Shown here: one piece after another, positions 1-14,480 of the stretch
Layout: every line of letters begins with the position of its first letter
Position numbering within the stretch: position 1 is the first letter of the stretch
NCBI GenBank assembly: GCA_002245135.1
Contig: NGBS01000915.1
Coordinates: 1-58,801 of the forward strand
Origin: Proteromonas lacertae
Taxonomy: Eukaryota
Direction: 5' to 3'
Length of the DNA: 58,801 bases
Program-made: the position numbers and the translations under genes
The notes under the pieces: model-generated
Databases searched by the model: none
Told to the model about the DNA's origin: nothing
Seen by the model: only the letters and a program-made list of their open reading frames with translations

Positions 1-380
1 CCAGACGGAGATAAACAACCCTTATTCTCTTCCTGATATTTATTTTGATTATTTTCATAACTTATATTCTCACAATAATCACCTAAAAACAATCATCACC
101 ATAATTTGTGTTTTCATCTGAATAAAAAACAGGAGACGTTGGGTATGAGTTTATTAAGCCTAAAGGCTCATTTTCAGATTCATCCATATACTATTTATCA
201 ATGTTAGTTATAAAGAAAAATTTATTCGTTTTTTCTTACTCTTACATTTACACTACTCTACCAAAACAAAATCAACTAATGAGCAAATAATCAATTATAC
301 TTGTTTATTTTTTTTGTCATTTTCATCAAATTATTTCATTTCACCTTCTCAAAACATAAAATACAAATTTACACAATCGC

Positions 381-3300
381 TCAAGATTTGTCAGTTTCAT
401 TGTTCGTATACGATTCTTTATTACTATAAGAACTTGTAGATTCAGCATTAACATCTTTTTCTTCCTTATTAGAATTTCTAGAAATCTCAGTTTTTGAATA
501 ACCATCTGAACCTTTTACTGATGTATCTCTTCCAGAAGATAAAGCGTTACTATATGAAAACACTCCAGATCTCGGAGAGAAGATGGTTTATGAGATGCAT
601 AATTTGTAACTGGTGATTTAGAATGCGAATTACTACTATCACCGCTAGCTTGACCATTCAATACCATATTCTCAGAATCACTACCAGATGTTGATAATCC
701 TCTTTGACTTGAGTATCTACCTTCACTTTTAAAACCAGCTAAACTATTCAATATAGTATTATCATTATCAGATTCTGTATGTATTTTTTCATTATTACCA
801 TTTTTACCATTTTGTTGTTGTTGTTGTTGTTGTTTTTCTTTCAATTGTGTTTGATGTTGTTGTTTAATCCCTTCATTTCTATCTTTCTTACCATCTAAAG
901 CAATTTTGGGTATTGTAGTAGTAACAGATTCAAATTCAGATGGTTTATCATTACTTTTACCAGCTAAATTAGGAGAAGATGGAAGACGTTGTGATTTATT
1001 CTGAACAGTATTATTAAGTACTTGTAGCTAAAAACTAACTCTAACATTACTACTAACAGCTGTTGATTGTCTAACTGACGATCGATCTCTTCTGGATCTA
1101 AATATTGATGAATTGGATCTATTATTTAAATCTTCATTATAATGTTTTACATGTTCTCTGAATACATTTACATCTTTTGTATTTTCAACGATTATTGCTA
1201 CTCTTAAATATTCGTGTAATTCGTTCAATTTTCCTGATTGACCTTTTCCTTAGACTGTTTAAGAATAAATGAAGATTATCAAAACCAAAATAATACTCAG
1301 AGATTAGAAAGATTTCCCAATAATGTTTATTTGCACAATCTTCAGCTATTTTATCAACAAATTTTATCAATTGTTTCTTCATAGAGAGAGGTTTATCAAC
1401 TTTTTCTTTAAATAAATCAATAAAATCTTGTGGAATGAAATGATGTATATTTTCATCAAAATATTTAATTATCATCTCTTTAGCTAATTCCTGTGAATCT
1501 TTTGCATCTTTTTGTTTTTAATAGTCTATGAATATCACCAACTAGATCTAATAATATTGCATCATCACTTTTGTCCCTTTCCATTGAACATTTTAAGAAA
1601 TTTCTTACAGAGGAGTGTTTAAATGCATTCTTTATACATCTTAAACTGTCTGAATGAGAGAAATACAACTCATCTGTCTTTTTAGCACTGAGAAAGTAGT
1701 TGAGAAAAAAGAATGGTAGTATAATTAGTAATGCTGTAAATGAACTTATGGCAACTTTGACATATGATTCATTCTTCCCTTCATCCATTAAATAACATAT
1801 AAATGGCTTATAAATAACAGGTATTGATGATATAAATCTATTGTGATAATAGTAATCATATATACGAAAAAATAATAATTCATTGATCTAAAATGAGTAG
1901 ACATTGTCAATCTGTAATAAAAATACATATTACATGTACAATAAATGAATAACACTATATATATGTATATATTCAGATATATTATATATACGTTAAAGAG
2001 ATACACCATTGTATTAAACTTTTCATCTAGACATCTGTAATATACTAAAGGACTAATATCATCAACTAATGTTTCTATTGCTTCTGAACTAACTCCATAA
2101 CCACTCATAGTAATTATTAAAAACAAGATAAGATAATAACCTTGTATAATACTTACGATAATATACGTCCTTTTCGTTTCTTTACTTCTTCCATTTAATC
2201 TACCCTCTTCTTCCATTATTGTGAATGTTAATGCTAAATATACAAACCATGAAGCACAACAATTGAAAAATGCTGATGATTTACACATATAACTATTTCT
2301 TTCTCCTAATTCATATATTGAGTAAAAGATATAAAAGAAGGCTGATATTAGATAGATTGGTGGAGTTTTAGGAATACTTGAGAAATCCCAATTACTATGT
2401 AAATAATAATTATAATAAATATTTATACTTCATTTGTCTTGCTACTAACAGTGAAACATATAGGAAACAAATAATCAGACATATATCAAGTAGTAGAAAG
2501 ACAATACCAAAAGCAGAAGAAAACTTGATAAAATTATCATCACTGGAAGGACTCCATTCCCATTCAGCTGGATAGACTACATCACAACTACAATCTTTAT
2601 AATTATTAGTGGAAGTACAATTCTTTATTAAATTACAGTTTGGAACAGAAGATGGTGAAACAGGAACAGATATTGTTGTTCTTTTGTGGTTTTTATTATC
2701 ATCTGTTCTATTATATTGTATTTGAAATGTAAATCCTTGATGAGCTGTGTTTATTCCATTGTATTAAACTGTATTTCACCATAAAAACTATTCCACGAGC
2801 CTAAGGTTTGAGTGGTATGTCTTATTACAGAAAATGCTAAATATGTATTGACTTTCTGTGGATAAATTATTCTATTTGTCACTTCTTCAGTTGATGATAA
2901 TTCCATTATTCTTTGAAGAGTAATACCAAATGTAATTCCATGTAAAATGTGTATTATATCATTGTTAATTTCATTATCATACTTATAATTGATAGAATCT
3001 AAATGTATTTTGTCTACATTATCATTGATATAATTAATAATGTCTTTGGTTTTACCCATGTATTGCCTGTAGTTCCTGTATTTAAAATTTCATCAAATTC
3101 AACGAAATAATGCCAATTACTGTTGATTAAATTCACTCTATTTGCATCTATTCAATAACAATAATAATTCATTTTAAAATATATAAAATACGATTATATA
3201 TGTATTCTTTTTGAATTGTAACAGCTACTTTTGGTAAAAAATCAACTTGTTTCACAGTAATAACAATATCCAATATATTTCTATCAGAACCACTAATAAA

Positions 3301-4387
3301 TACATCAGGATTAGAATTTTTAATAACATTCATCCATTTAGTGAGATAATTTACTCTTTCTAAATAATTCTCATATAATGTAAGATCAATTTGTGGAAAT
3401 GTACAAGTATCAGTTTTATTGTTACAATTTGCATTTACACAATTAATACCATCTGGATCAGATATCTATATTTCAATATATTATAAAAAATATATACTTG
3501 ACTTTTACATCTTTTTATTAAATACTTCACATCTTCGTCGTTTTCTCTTTCAGATATATATCCATCAATAATCAACTGTGTTTTCTCACTTGCTTCTTTA
3601 TCAAGTAGTATTACATAACTTCTAGCTTCTATTTATTAATATATATATATAATTATAAAATACTATATCTATTCTTGAACAAATCAATAGATGATAATGC
3701 CATTTGTTTGTACTGCAGTAATGGCAATAATATGAATTGATATTTATAATCATTTATATTGTAATTATTAGTGTTTCCAATCATAAATATATCAAACCCC
3801 TGAACTGTTTGTATTTCGTCATAGAATGCAGTTGATTTTGCTAAATACTCTGTCAATTCTTTTGAACCTGGTGATACAATGAAGTGTGGAACATTATCTT
3901 CTGAATGGCCCACATCCTTAACATATTCATCTATACTATTTTCATAATGTTGAATATCAATTATCTAAGATCAATTAAATTACAATATTTATAGTTAATA
4001 TATACATCATCTAACATTTCTATAAACTTAAAATTAACTTGAAGTCTATAATGAATAAAAAACAAAGAAATATACTTCTCACCAGAACAACTACCCTCAC
4101 TTTCACCATGTCCATTGACACATATACCTCCACTGTCTATATTAATATGCTTCTGCCAAAGAAGCAATCCGGTCAAAGTAGGTTTATCTAGGTTATAAAT
4201 ATATCTATTAATACCAATAGAGTCAGTAATTCCTTTTAATGACCCTAAAATATGAATGCATATGTCTGATTCATTACATTTAGATGTACCGACATCTAGT
4301 TCAGAATAACACAGCACACCATTTATAAATATATGTAACTACAATAAAATGAATTTACAATACAAAAAATGCTATTGCTACTTTCAT
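381..4387 (-). CDS. Multi-exon membrane receptor-like protein: signal peptide, extracellular region, about 7 TM helices, RGS-like domain, low-complexity tail
   Basis: ATG at 4387 plus a 25-nt intron gives MKVAIAFF-LHIFINGVLC (signal-peptide-like). A chain of minus-strand ORFs is joined by short GT-AG introns. Hydrophobic helices lie at about 1700-2560, followed by RGS-like segments (SLRCIKNAFKHSSVRNFL, ELAKEMIIKYFD, HYWEIFLISEYY). Several frame breaks fall at A/T homopolymers. Confidence 0.5.
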
Positions 4388-4739
4388 ACCAAAAAATAAC
4401 GAATATTTTGAATTATAAAATTAACTTTTTCGTGAAATCTAAACACAATAATCAAATGCAATGTTGATTTTATTAATATTTTGCTAACATATGAGAGTGT
4501 TGTTGACAAAGTTCATGTAACACATGTTCATTTTTGAATTATGAAATTATAAACAAGTAAAATACATTAGTTTAGTGATTTATATTCGGAAAATTATATA
4601 TTTAATTGATATAATCATAGAATATTTTTACTATGAAATGACTAAAAAAGAGAAAACTCAAACATAGTTTGTTTAAATAACAGTTTTTTTTAATTTTATT
4701 TATTATAAATCAAACTATAACATTAATTACTATAATAAC

Positions 4740-7700
4740 ATGAATAGAACTTCAATATCTATTGAGGCTAAAACTCCACAGTTTGATGGAGAGCAAAGTG
4801 TCAGAGATAGAAAAATAGATCCAGAAGAAGAGGCAAATAACGAAAGAATGAAAATGAATATAAAAAGATATGGCAAGCAAGGTATTTTTTCAGAGATGGG
4901 ATCGCTTCATGTTGAAATTGCTACTAAAGCAAGAAGTCTGCGTTCTTCAATAGTGCAATTACTTCGTCTGAAAGATGTACAAAAGTTACAACAAGAAAGT
5001 CCAGATGATGAAATAAAAACAGATCAAATCTCAGATGAAGACCTACGAACCATGATTGTTGATAATTTAGGTCAAGATATAGTCAACAGCATTGATGGAT
5101 CATACGCATACAATAAAAAGATAGAATCAATGAAACAAAAATTAAAAGAAAAGAAAGCTGTATGATTTATATTTTTAACAATTTATTTTATAGAAAATAA
5201 CAGATTTATGTGAACAAATCCGAAGTTTCACTGAAAGAATCACAGATTATGATTTAAAAGTCGATTTATTAAATCAAGAACTAGCCACTAGAACAAAACA
5301 AATGGAAGAACATCGAGACAAATTTTACAAAGAATACATCTCATTACATACACTAGTTTTTGAGAAAAAATCAGATCCTGAACAATTGATACCTCATGAT
5401 GCTTGGTTAAGAATTAATCATTTCTTAGATTTAGAAGATCATTCAGATAAATCGAGTAATGAAAAGACTTTATTTGATAAGAAATTTGAAGATGCACAAA
5501 AAGCTTATTCTGAGTTTATGGGTCAATCTTTGAGAGATAAAGAAGATATAAGAATCGAATATCAGAAACAAATTGATGCATTAAGAATTAAATTACACCA
5601 GGAACAAAGAAAGAAACATAAAACACACGAAGAAGCTCATGAATATGCAAAACAGCAGGATGAAAATGAACAAAAACTGAATAAAGAGATTGTTGATTTA
5701 AAACATTCAATTCAAGCTGAAAGAGATATGTTTGCATTAAAACAGATAGAATGGAGTAAAGAAAAAGAGTTAATATTAGCAAGTGCACAAAATATGAATA
5801 GTTTAGATAAAGAAGAAGCTCAGAAATTGAGAGATTCTTTTATGATTGCTATTGGTTCATATGATGATAAGATGTCTGATTTACAGAAGTTTTTGAATAG
5901 GAAATTGACTGAATTTAATAATAAATTAATATCTTATGAAGATTCTGTTCATGATTTAGTGGAGAAAGAAATGAATCATCAGAAGTATAAGACCGATACT
6001 GATAAAGCTGTATATATATATATATATAATTATATTATTGTTTATGTATTTGATTAGATGGCTGAAATGAAAGAAGAAGTAACAACAGTGAATAAATTAC
6101 TATTAGAAAAAACAGAAAATGAAAATCAATTGAAAAAGACAATCGATCAAATGCAAGCGAAGTTAATCAAAGCAAATAAAGCAGCCAATGCAGCTGCAAA
6201 GAAGAAAGAAAAAGAGAAAACTGCAACAGCAACCAAGGAAACTAATGATGAGAATAAAGCAGAATTAGAAAAGAAATATGAACAAGATTCAAAAGAGTTA
6301 CAAATTGCTAAACAGAAGTTAGAGAATATGGATATGGAGATTAAACATATAAATGTATATATAATCATTTGTTATCTTGATTATTATTATAATAGGCTCA
6401 ATGGAGAAATAGATTAGAAGATGAATTGAAAAAGAAAGAAAAAGAATCTCAAGAGGAGATTCAAGAATTAAAGAATGAGTTAGCATGTATATATATATAT
6501 ATATTCATATTTATTAATAGTTAAACAAGCAAAGAATGTAAGAGGTGGTGATGAATTAATTAGAATAAAGAATGACTATCAAATCTTAGAAACTGAAGTG
6601 TTTGAATTAAGACAAATGAAATGTGATTATAAAGTCATTTTAGGTAGAGAAATTAGATATAAAAATGAAATTAATAATTATGGCTATTTGGAATTAGCTC
6701 ATATTGAAGATGAGAAGATTAAAAGAATCAATAGCCAAATGGAAGCGTTGATTAATGTATATTGTACTCACATGGAAGATATAGAAAATACATATTCATT
6801 CTTAGACGATATAAAGAAGAAGATAACAGATTTACAAAATGGAGATAATAGTGATAGTGAAGAAAATCAAGTGACATTACATCATTTAAAAATACTTAAC
6901 AATTATTGTGTAGCTAATGAGAATGATGTAAAAGTATCATTATATTCAACAACATTTGACAAACTCTCAAGCCTAATTCAGTTCAGAGATAAAGTAGTAA
7001 AAGAATGTAAAGAAAATGAATTAATGTTTATTGAGGAATTACAATCAAAGATCTATCGTTGTAATCGATTAAAGAGAGATGATATATGTAAAACAGTTAA
7101 AAGAGATTTACCTCCATATCCTATCATCTATGGAAGTCAAGAAAGTGTTAATGATATTGATATATATAGATATATTGAAGCTTTACATGATGCTCACATT
7201 GATTCGCATTTACAAGCCAATCAACGATTAAATGAAAGAATATTGATGTTACAAGAGGATATTTATAGTGTTAGAAAACCATATGATGTGAGTGACGATA
7301 TTAAGACAAAAATTGATGAAATTGTACCAAATAATCCAACAGAAATTGAATCAACTAAAAAGATTCAGCCAAAGAATAAGAAATTACATAAATCCTTTTA
7401 TAAATATGCTCCAGGACCATTCAAAGCTAAAACTGATAAGAAATATAGAAGAAAGAGATTATCGAAGATCAAAACTGATGATGATTCGTTATATAGAAGT
7501 AGTGTTGATAGTACAAGTGATGGTAATAATAATAAAGATAAAATAGTTGATATTCCATCACAATTTGTAAATGGTACTTATAGTAATAGAAGCAGTATGT
7601 TAGGTAGTTCATATGCTGATAATTCATATGGTAATAATAATTCTAGTGGTTTTAATAGTCCAAATATGAGTGGAATACCTGAGAATTTTGATGAAAAAGC

Positions 7701-10700
7701 TGCTGAAGAATTATACTTTAGTTCAAGAAGTTCATCTCCAAAAGTAAAGTCACAACAATCACCAATTGCTTCGCCAAAAGAAGTTTTAACTAAATATTTA
7801 CAAAACAACAAAGAAATTGATAATTATAAAGATGAATTGAATGAATTAATCGAGGAAACGAACAATTTAGATAACACTTTGAGTGGTGAAGAATTAATAG
7901 TGGTTCAAAAGAGAATGAAAGAGTTACAAAGTAAAATTAGTTCTTTATCAGCTGATAATGTTGGTTTAGCACAAATTATGTGTAGTAGTCCATTACAATC
8001 AAATTTCTTAATAGCTACAGATCCAAAGATGAAGAAATATAAAGAGAATAAAGAGAAAGTTACGAAATTAGAAAAAGAATATGAAGAATTGAAGAAAGAA
8101 GAAGAAGAAATGAGTAAAAATATTGACAAAAATAACAACCCTGAAGAATTCAAGAAATTGGTAGAAAAGAGAAAAATAATTGAAGAGAAGAGAAAAGAAA
8201 TTAATAAATTAGAAAGTGAAAATATGACAATTTTAACATCAACAGGAGGAATAGATCCAAAATATTTAGCCAAATCTCAAACAAACAATAAGAAAATAAA
8301 TGAAATAACAGAAAAAATACAGAAATTACGAAATGAATGTATGAATAGCAATGATCCAGAAGAATTGAAAAGAAAAGAAAAAGAAATTGAGTCTTATACA
8401 AAAGCAGTTGAAAATTTACATAAAGAGAATAAAGAGTTACATAACAAAGTTGATTTAATAGCCAATAAACTATCCAACCAATTAGTAAATGAAATATCCA
8501 ATGAAAAAGAAGCTGAAGAGTTTACAAAGAATAAGAAAATAATTGAAGAATATGAGAAAGAATTGAATGAAGTTGAATCACAAATTGATCTTAATCCTGG
8601 TGATTCAAAAAATGAAGAAAGATTAAAGAAGTTAGAAAATATCAGAAGTTCAATGAAAAAGATTCAATCAATAAATCAAAACATATTAATAAATGCACAT
8701 CAATCTCACAAACAGTTAGAAGATATGAAGAATTATAAGCAGAATAATCGTATTACCAAAGGTTATAGAAGACAATCAATGTTATCTTCTGAAAGTGGTA
8801 ATAATTCATCAAGATCTCCCAGTCAAAGTCCTTCAATGTCTCCAAAAATGAATGGAATGAATTATGAAGAAGAAGAAGAAATAGAATATAAAGCAGATGA
8901 AAATGGTGGATATTTTACAATTGATGTTGAAGATGGAACAAGTTCAGTGGATGGTAATAGAAGAATAAGAAGAGCTCAAAGAGTTTCAACACTTAACAAA
9001 ATGGGATCTTTAGAGATTGGACCAAAATTAATGATGAAAGGACCTCCTATGAGACAAAGAATAAGTAGTAATGATAATGACAACAATGATAGTAACAATA
9101 CAAATGATAATAATATGAATACTATTAGACATAATATCAATAAAATGAGAGTGAAAAAGATAGGTAAAAAGAGTGTAAATGCAGTTATTAATACTAAAAC
9201 GAATATTGGAAACAGTCTATTAGATTCAATGAGTGAAATATTGAATAGTGAACATGATGGTAGTTATAAAGTATATGATAATTTTGAAAGTCATGTAAGT
9301 GATGATTTGATGGATAATGATTGTTATTATATGGAATTCCAACCATTGAATTGTTATTATTTAGATGAATTAGAAGATGATGAAGAAATTCGTGAATTAT
9401 TAGGTGGAATGAAAAATAGTGAATCTAAAGCGTATAAAGACTTATTAGATTTTAATGATGGTGTTGTAATAGAAAATAATAAAACTACAAAAGAATTACA
9501 AGTTGAAAATCGAAAATTAAAAGATAAATTGTCTTTATTAAAACACACATTAGCAGTTACTTTATCTGAAAAATCAGCTCCAATAATCGATTCTCCAGCA
9601 CATCGAAGATTAAAAGCTAAAAATGGAAATCGTCGAAATTCAACAAGTGTAGGAATGAGAAATAATAATAGTAATACAAATATGTATGGAAGTGATATAA
9701 ATCTATTAAACAGACGAGGTGGTAGAAGATATAAATATTTAGAAGATGTTGATGGAAATGGAATAAGATCATTTGAGAGTGAAAATGGAGTATCAAAATA
9801 TGAAAACCGAGTGGATGAATTAATCCAACAAAGTAGATCTGTTGATAATAATGGTGTTGAAGGTAGTAGATTAAAGAATGGAATATCTTATATTAACTTA
9901 GCAGAGAATAAGAATCATTTATATTTACCTGAACTTCCTGCTTGTGCTTCCACTGCTTCTATAAAACATCAAGATATTTCAACTCCAATTTATTCAACCA
10001 AAACAATAAATGAACCATGTGTTGCTATTTCAACTGAAATATTGAATGTAAAAGCTGGTAAATTGGTAGGAAATAATCCAATTTCTCGAAGTGTATTAAC
10101 TCCAATCGAAGGTCGAAGTAGTCGTTATAATTATCCTCATCCTCCTGCTTCTTCAATTTGTCAATCACCAATAATAACATTACAACAAGAAATATTATCT
10201 CATCAACAAATCCAACCTCCTCGTGAAAATCAACAATTACCATTACCATCAACAAATACAACAACAGAAAATCCAAATTTAAATTCAAATATAATGAATA
10301 ATACAAATACTCAATTTTACAATCCATCCATTCCAATTCAATCTTCTATTCCAATTCAACAACAACAAATACAACAACAAAGATCATCTACTATGAAATC
10401 ACCCAAGAATAAAGAAGAAATTAATAAAGAAGTAGAAAGTGAAACTCCTGTTTTATATAATGAAAGTTATAATAATTGTGAAAATACTTCAATTTATAGT
10501 TATCCTACTCCTCAGCTGTATATCAACTCTTCTGATGTTAAATTACCTCCAAAATTACAATCTACATCTCCAATTCAACTACATAATATGAATAGAAAGA
10601 AATATAATCGTAAAGAAAGTAAACTAACCCCAATAACAAATGGGTTAAGAAGATTTGGATTTAGCAGTGATGTAGAAAGTGATTGTGAATTAGATTTTAG

Positions 10701-10734
10701 TATATCTAAAGATGATAAAGGCAAACCAATCTAA
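4740..10734 (+). CDS. Large multi-exon coiled-coil protein with S/N/Q-rich disordered regions
   Basis: ORFs 4740-5165, 5302-6057, 6058-6417 and 6598-10734 are joined by short GT-AG introns at about 5160-5193, 6010-6057, 6355-6395 and 6487-6520. The composition is E/K-rich and heptad-like. Confidence 0.8.
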
Positions 10735-10837
10735 TAAAGAGATAAGATTATGAAATAGTTAAAATTACTAGAACAGTTTATGTAATTTATATGTTTAATG
10801 TTAATATTGTTGAATAATTTCTATATAATGTTTTTAA

Positions 10838-11976
10838 TAGGGTTGTATAAAAATCATGAAGCTAAAATATTACCCTGGGTTCGGCAGGCACAGGGACGGT
10901 ACGGCACAAGAACAGCACAAATCACGAAAGTCACGTGTTTTTCCTAACTAAAAGAGTAAATATGATTTTCATTAATTTATTTTTTATATTTTAGAAAAGT
11001 AAATAAGTCAGAAGTATTGAAATAAATTATAAACATCATAAGAAATAATAATTCGATTATTATATAATAATATTTTAAGAGTAATGACTATTTCAACTTC
11101 AGACTCTTCTCCTTCACTTGATTCACTCTCTTCATTGTTATAAACCTTATGGTTCTTAAAATAAAATAATTCATCTGCTAAATTAATATCGCTAATCCCA
11201 TTATAATTATCTAATATATATTTTATAATTGTATTACTATTTTTCTTCACCAAGACTGTTTTGTATTTGTAGAAACTGAAATACCAATATCATTTCTTAA
11301 TTCACATGAACTATAACATCTTTTATAATTTTTTTATTTGCTCTTTTTCAGATGACATATTGAGTAGTAATTCCTCTTTAATTTTCTTAATTATTGAATA
11401 ACCATCATTCAAAGTTGCATCATCTCTGCTTGTATATTAGAGGAAAGATAAGTAGTAATTTTTTTCAATTTCTTCAACTTCTGTAATATGTTTATCATCA
11501 ATTAATTCTTTATTCTTGATTATGAAATTCTTTATTCTCCATCTTCTGGAGAAACCCCTTTTTATTCTAGGAATATTTTCATATTTAAACTTATTTTTAA
11601 TACTTCTACAATTGTTTAGTTGGTATTGTATATTATTGCAATAATCAAGAATACTTTTATATTTTTCTATCTCAAGTATTCTTTTACTTACGATATTAAA
11701 AATATATGCTAAATATGCTTCGTTTTTGTTTCTACTAGTTGTGCCATCTTAATAATTGGTGTTTTTTCACCCATCTATTAACAATTTTTTACTGATGGAA
11801 TTCTGAAGTTGTTTGAATTTTGAGTGTTATAGTAGGAAAATTTGTTTTAGAGTATAATTTGATCAAAGAAAATCGATACATTAGAGTTACTAACTAAAAA
11901 TCGTATAAATTATACCGTTTTGGTGAGTAAAAGGCACAACGAAAGGCAGAAAACACGAAAGTAACGTGTATTTCCT
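10838..11976 (-). mobile_element. Degenerate hAT-family transposon relic (pseudo-transposase at about 11008-11800)
   Basis: The terminus TAGGGTTGTATAAAA at 10838 resembles the hAT TIR CAGTGATGTATAAAA found in this window. The minus strand reads LLIDG*KNT, like the ALEIDGWKS catalytic motif of the intact transposase. Multiple stops and frameshifts. Related GC-rich motifs occur at 10903-10945 and 11933-11976. Confidence 0.5.
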
Positions 11977-12137
11977 CCTAATGATAGTAGTAATAAAGAA
12001 ATAGAAGAAATACAAGTCAAGCTTGAAAATGACAATGTCAATGTAACAGATTATGACTTATCTCCAATATCGTCAAGATGCATTAAGGATGAATATATTA
12101 ATAATAGCCAATGTCTTGTAAGTTAGTTTATTGATAA

Positions 12138-13180
12138 TCCCATTTACGTAAGGTTCCACGATGGGACTCCTGTAAGGGCTTTTAATAGAATCGCGGAACC
12201 GGGACTTTACAATTGTTAACTTGTTACCAAATGGTAACTCTTGGAAGTTCTAGCTAGTTGTGGATTTATGAAAGATAAGTCTAATCGCCCTTGTTAATCA
12301 ACTAGGTAGCATTTCAACTATCATCTATCCTAGTAAGGAAGGGATGTTTCTCCTTAAGCTGCAGAACAAAGAGGAACCTCCCGACAAATTCATGAAACTT
12401 TCATCATGAGACTTCATTACAAAGTCAAGTAACATCCACGGGATCATTGCCTAGGTATAATTCATTATCTTTATAACTCTTCTAAGTAAAGTTTAATTAC
12501 ATTGTCCAGGAGCTCACCGAGGAGATCACCATAATGACAAGGATGGGAGAAGTCCTCTTGGAGGCATAGCCAAAATGAGGAGTTCTCTCGGACGTAGTCA
12601 TGCATGGCGATCGTATCAGGGGAGGTACTACAGTTTGATCTACAACAACAACAACGAGACCAGGAGATCTTCATCCAGATAAAGGAACATTATCAGAGCA
12701 TCTTTAAACGATCAACAACTTAGTTACCGAGGAGTGTCTTTCCCGAAGAAAGCCTACATTCGCAGAAGGCTCCCGAGAGCTTAGAATACTTGATAGGTAG
12801 ATTAGCTGGGTCATCGTAAGCAATAGACCCAGCTCCTATTTTCTCAATTGATCAATGGATCAAAGTCTAAGTCAGGTCATCAGTGGTCTTCTTTGCATGA
12901 AGTGCCTTAAGAATAAGGAGTTGGAAAACTTCCTTAAGCTCAATGGATGATACTCTTCATGAGAAATGTTCTTATAAGATGAACCATCAATTCGATCACA
13001 TCAACCACACTCTTGTGGAACTACTAGATGTCCTTCAAAGGCATATCTTTGTCAATGTCAATATCGGAGTGATCCTTCCTTTGTAATACTAACTACGAGG
13101 TGCTGATAATAACAAGATTGAAAGAGGATGACAGAGGAAGTATTTATTTTTGAACAGCTCCTCGAATAATTACTGAAGTG
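12138..13180. mobile_element. GC-richer fragment of the pPolB-element family; its first ~500 bp are a diverged inverted copy of that element's terminus
   Basis: 12138-12157 is the exact reverse complement of 24136-24155. 12170-12270 matches 23867-23993 inverted, and about 12575-12627 matches about 23670-23725 inverted. The rest is decayed ORFs. Confidence 0.75.
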
Positions 13181-13183
13181 CCT

Positions 13184-13666
13184 AAATAGTTTGAATATTT
13201 GCGCCGTTTGTTTTCTAGAAATTTTTGAAACAAACTAAATGCATATTTAGCTAATATAGACTAAAATATATTAGCTGATGTGATTAGAATATAATAATTA
13301 TTAAATCTTTCTATATAAAAAACGAAATGTAAAAATAGGCTTGAGTGAGGCTTGATTGTATTTTCTTTTTTTTCATTTTAAATGTCTTGTGATGAACATT
13401 AATATATTCTAATCATTTCAGCTAATATATTTTAGTCTATATTAGCTAAATATGCATTTAGTTTGATTCAAAAATTTCTAGAAAACAAATGGCGCAAATA
13501 TTCAAACTATTTATATTAACAAAAAAGTATACTGCAGAGGTAGGTCATATAACAAAGTAAGTATAAAAGTAACAATTTTTCATCAAGACAAGTAAGAATA
13601 TACTTTTAATTTGTTTTAAAAGTGTCTGGCAGACAAACGGCCAACTATGACAAACGGTGCACAACA
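13184..13666. mobile_element. Foldback MITE copy, truncated on the left
   Basis: Near-identical to 34216-34851; ends ...GACAAACGGTGCACAACA. Confidence 0.85.
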
Positions 13667-13667
13667 T

Positions 13668-14038
13668 CAGTCATAAATTTAATGAAAAATGATAATGAAA
13701 TTTATCAAGCCAAAAAGCTTGTTTGTTTTTCTTTGAAGAATTATTTCTCTTTTATAACATAATATAACTTCATAGTATAATTGTATTAATTATTATAATG
13801 CATAAAATTTGAATATCAGAAAATCAAAAAGTGCATCAACCGATGGTCAAATCGGTTTTTCAAAGAATACTATATATAATTAGAAAATTATATTATCAAC
13901 TCAGCTATATGCATATTAGCACAAGTTACCAAAGAGGTCAGCTAATAGTTACTACAGGTAGTTGTAGGTCATAAAAGGTTTTTGACTGACTAACCTATAG
14001 GTCATACCGAAATGTCATGACCGATAAATACATCACTG
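13668..14038. mobile_element. Isolated terminal fragment of a hAT element
   Basis: Ends TACATCACTG, like the TIR ending at 16731. Carries the same GGTCA/TGACC subterminal motifs as 16540-16731. Confidence 0.65.
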
Positions 14039-14138
14039 CTAAATCTCAACATTCTAATTGGACATATTGGAACTTAATTTTATTTAATCCACATAGACTG
14101 ATGATTCGAGATAATCCTTTATCTGAATTACTATTTAA

Positions 14139-14480
14139 ATGTTGTATAGATGTGATATAGATTTACTAAAAGGATATTGTATATTATTAATATTACTTTT
14201 TCATAATGATATACCTCTTTTTAAGTATGGCTATATAGGAGTAATTGCGTTTATAAATATATCAGGCTATTTATCATCAAAAAGAAATTCAAAAGAATTT
14301 TTTAGTAGTATATATAATAGATATATAAGAATTTCACCTAACTATTATATGCTTATTATCTTTACAATATTTGTACTTATAAAAAACAATAGTATAAATG
14401 AATATCATGTTAATAACCTATTGTATTTATTTTTTTATGCATATAACATTAGATTAATTAACATTAACAATGATTATTTT
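14139..14480 (+). pseudogene. 5' fragment of the OafA-type acyltransferase, cut by the hAT element
   Basis: The first ~114 codons are nearly identical to 28564 onward (one V/A change). The sequence then switches abruptly to the hAT TIR at 14481. Confidence 0.9.

Noticed and set aside
381..1800. Programmed frameshifting or TAATG-coupled ORFs in the receptor gene
   Set aside because: The breaks I checked sit in A/T homopolymers (e.g. ACAAAAAGATGC) and are fixed by one base; sequencing indels are the simpler explanation.
5588..10336. Minus-strand and alternate-frame ORFs overlapping the coiled-coil gene (similar ones overlap the transposase and element ORFs)
   Set aside because: Shadow ORFs caused by biased codon usage on the coding strand.
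10734..10800. Blastocystis-type polyadenylation-created stop codons with a downstream TGTTTGTT motif
   Set aside because: The genes I checked end in genomic stop codons and I found no convincing motif, so the host identity remains an inference from intron size only.
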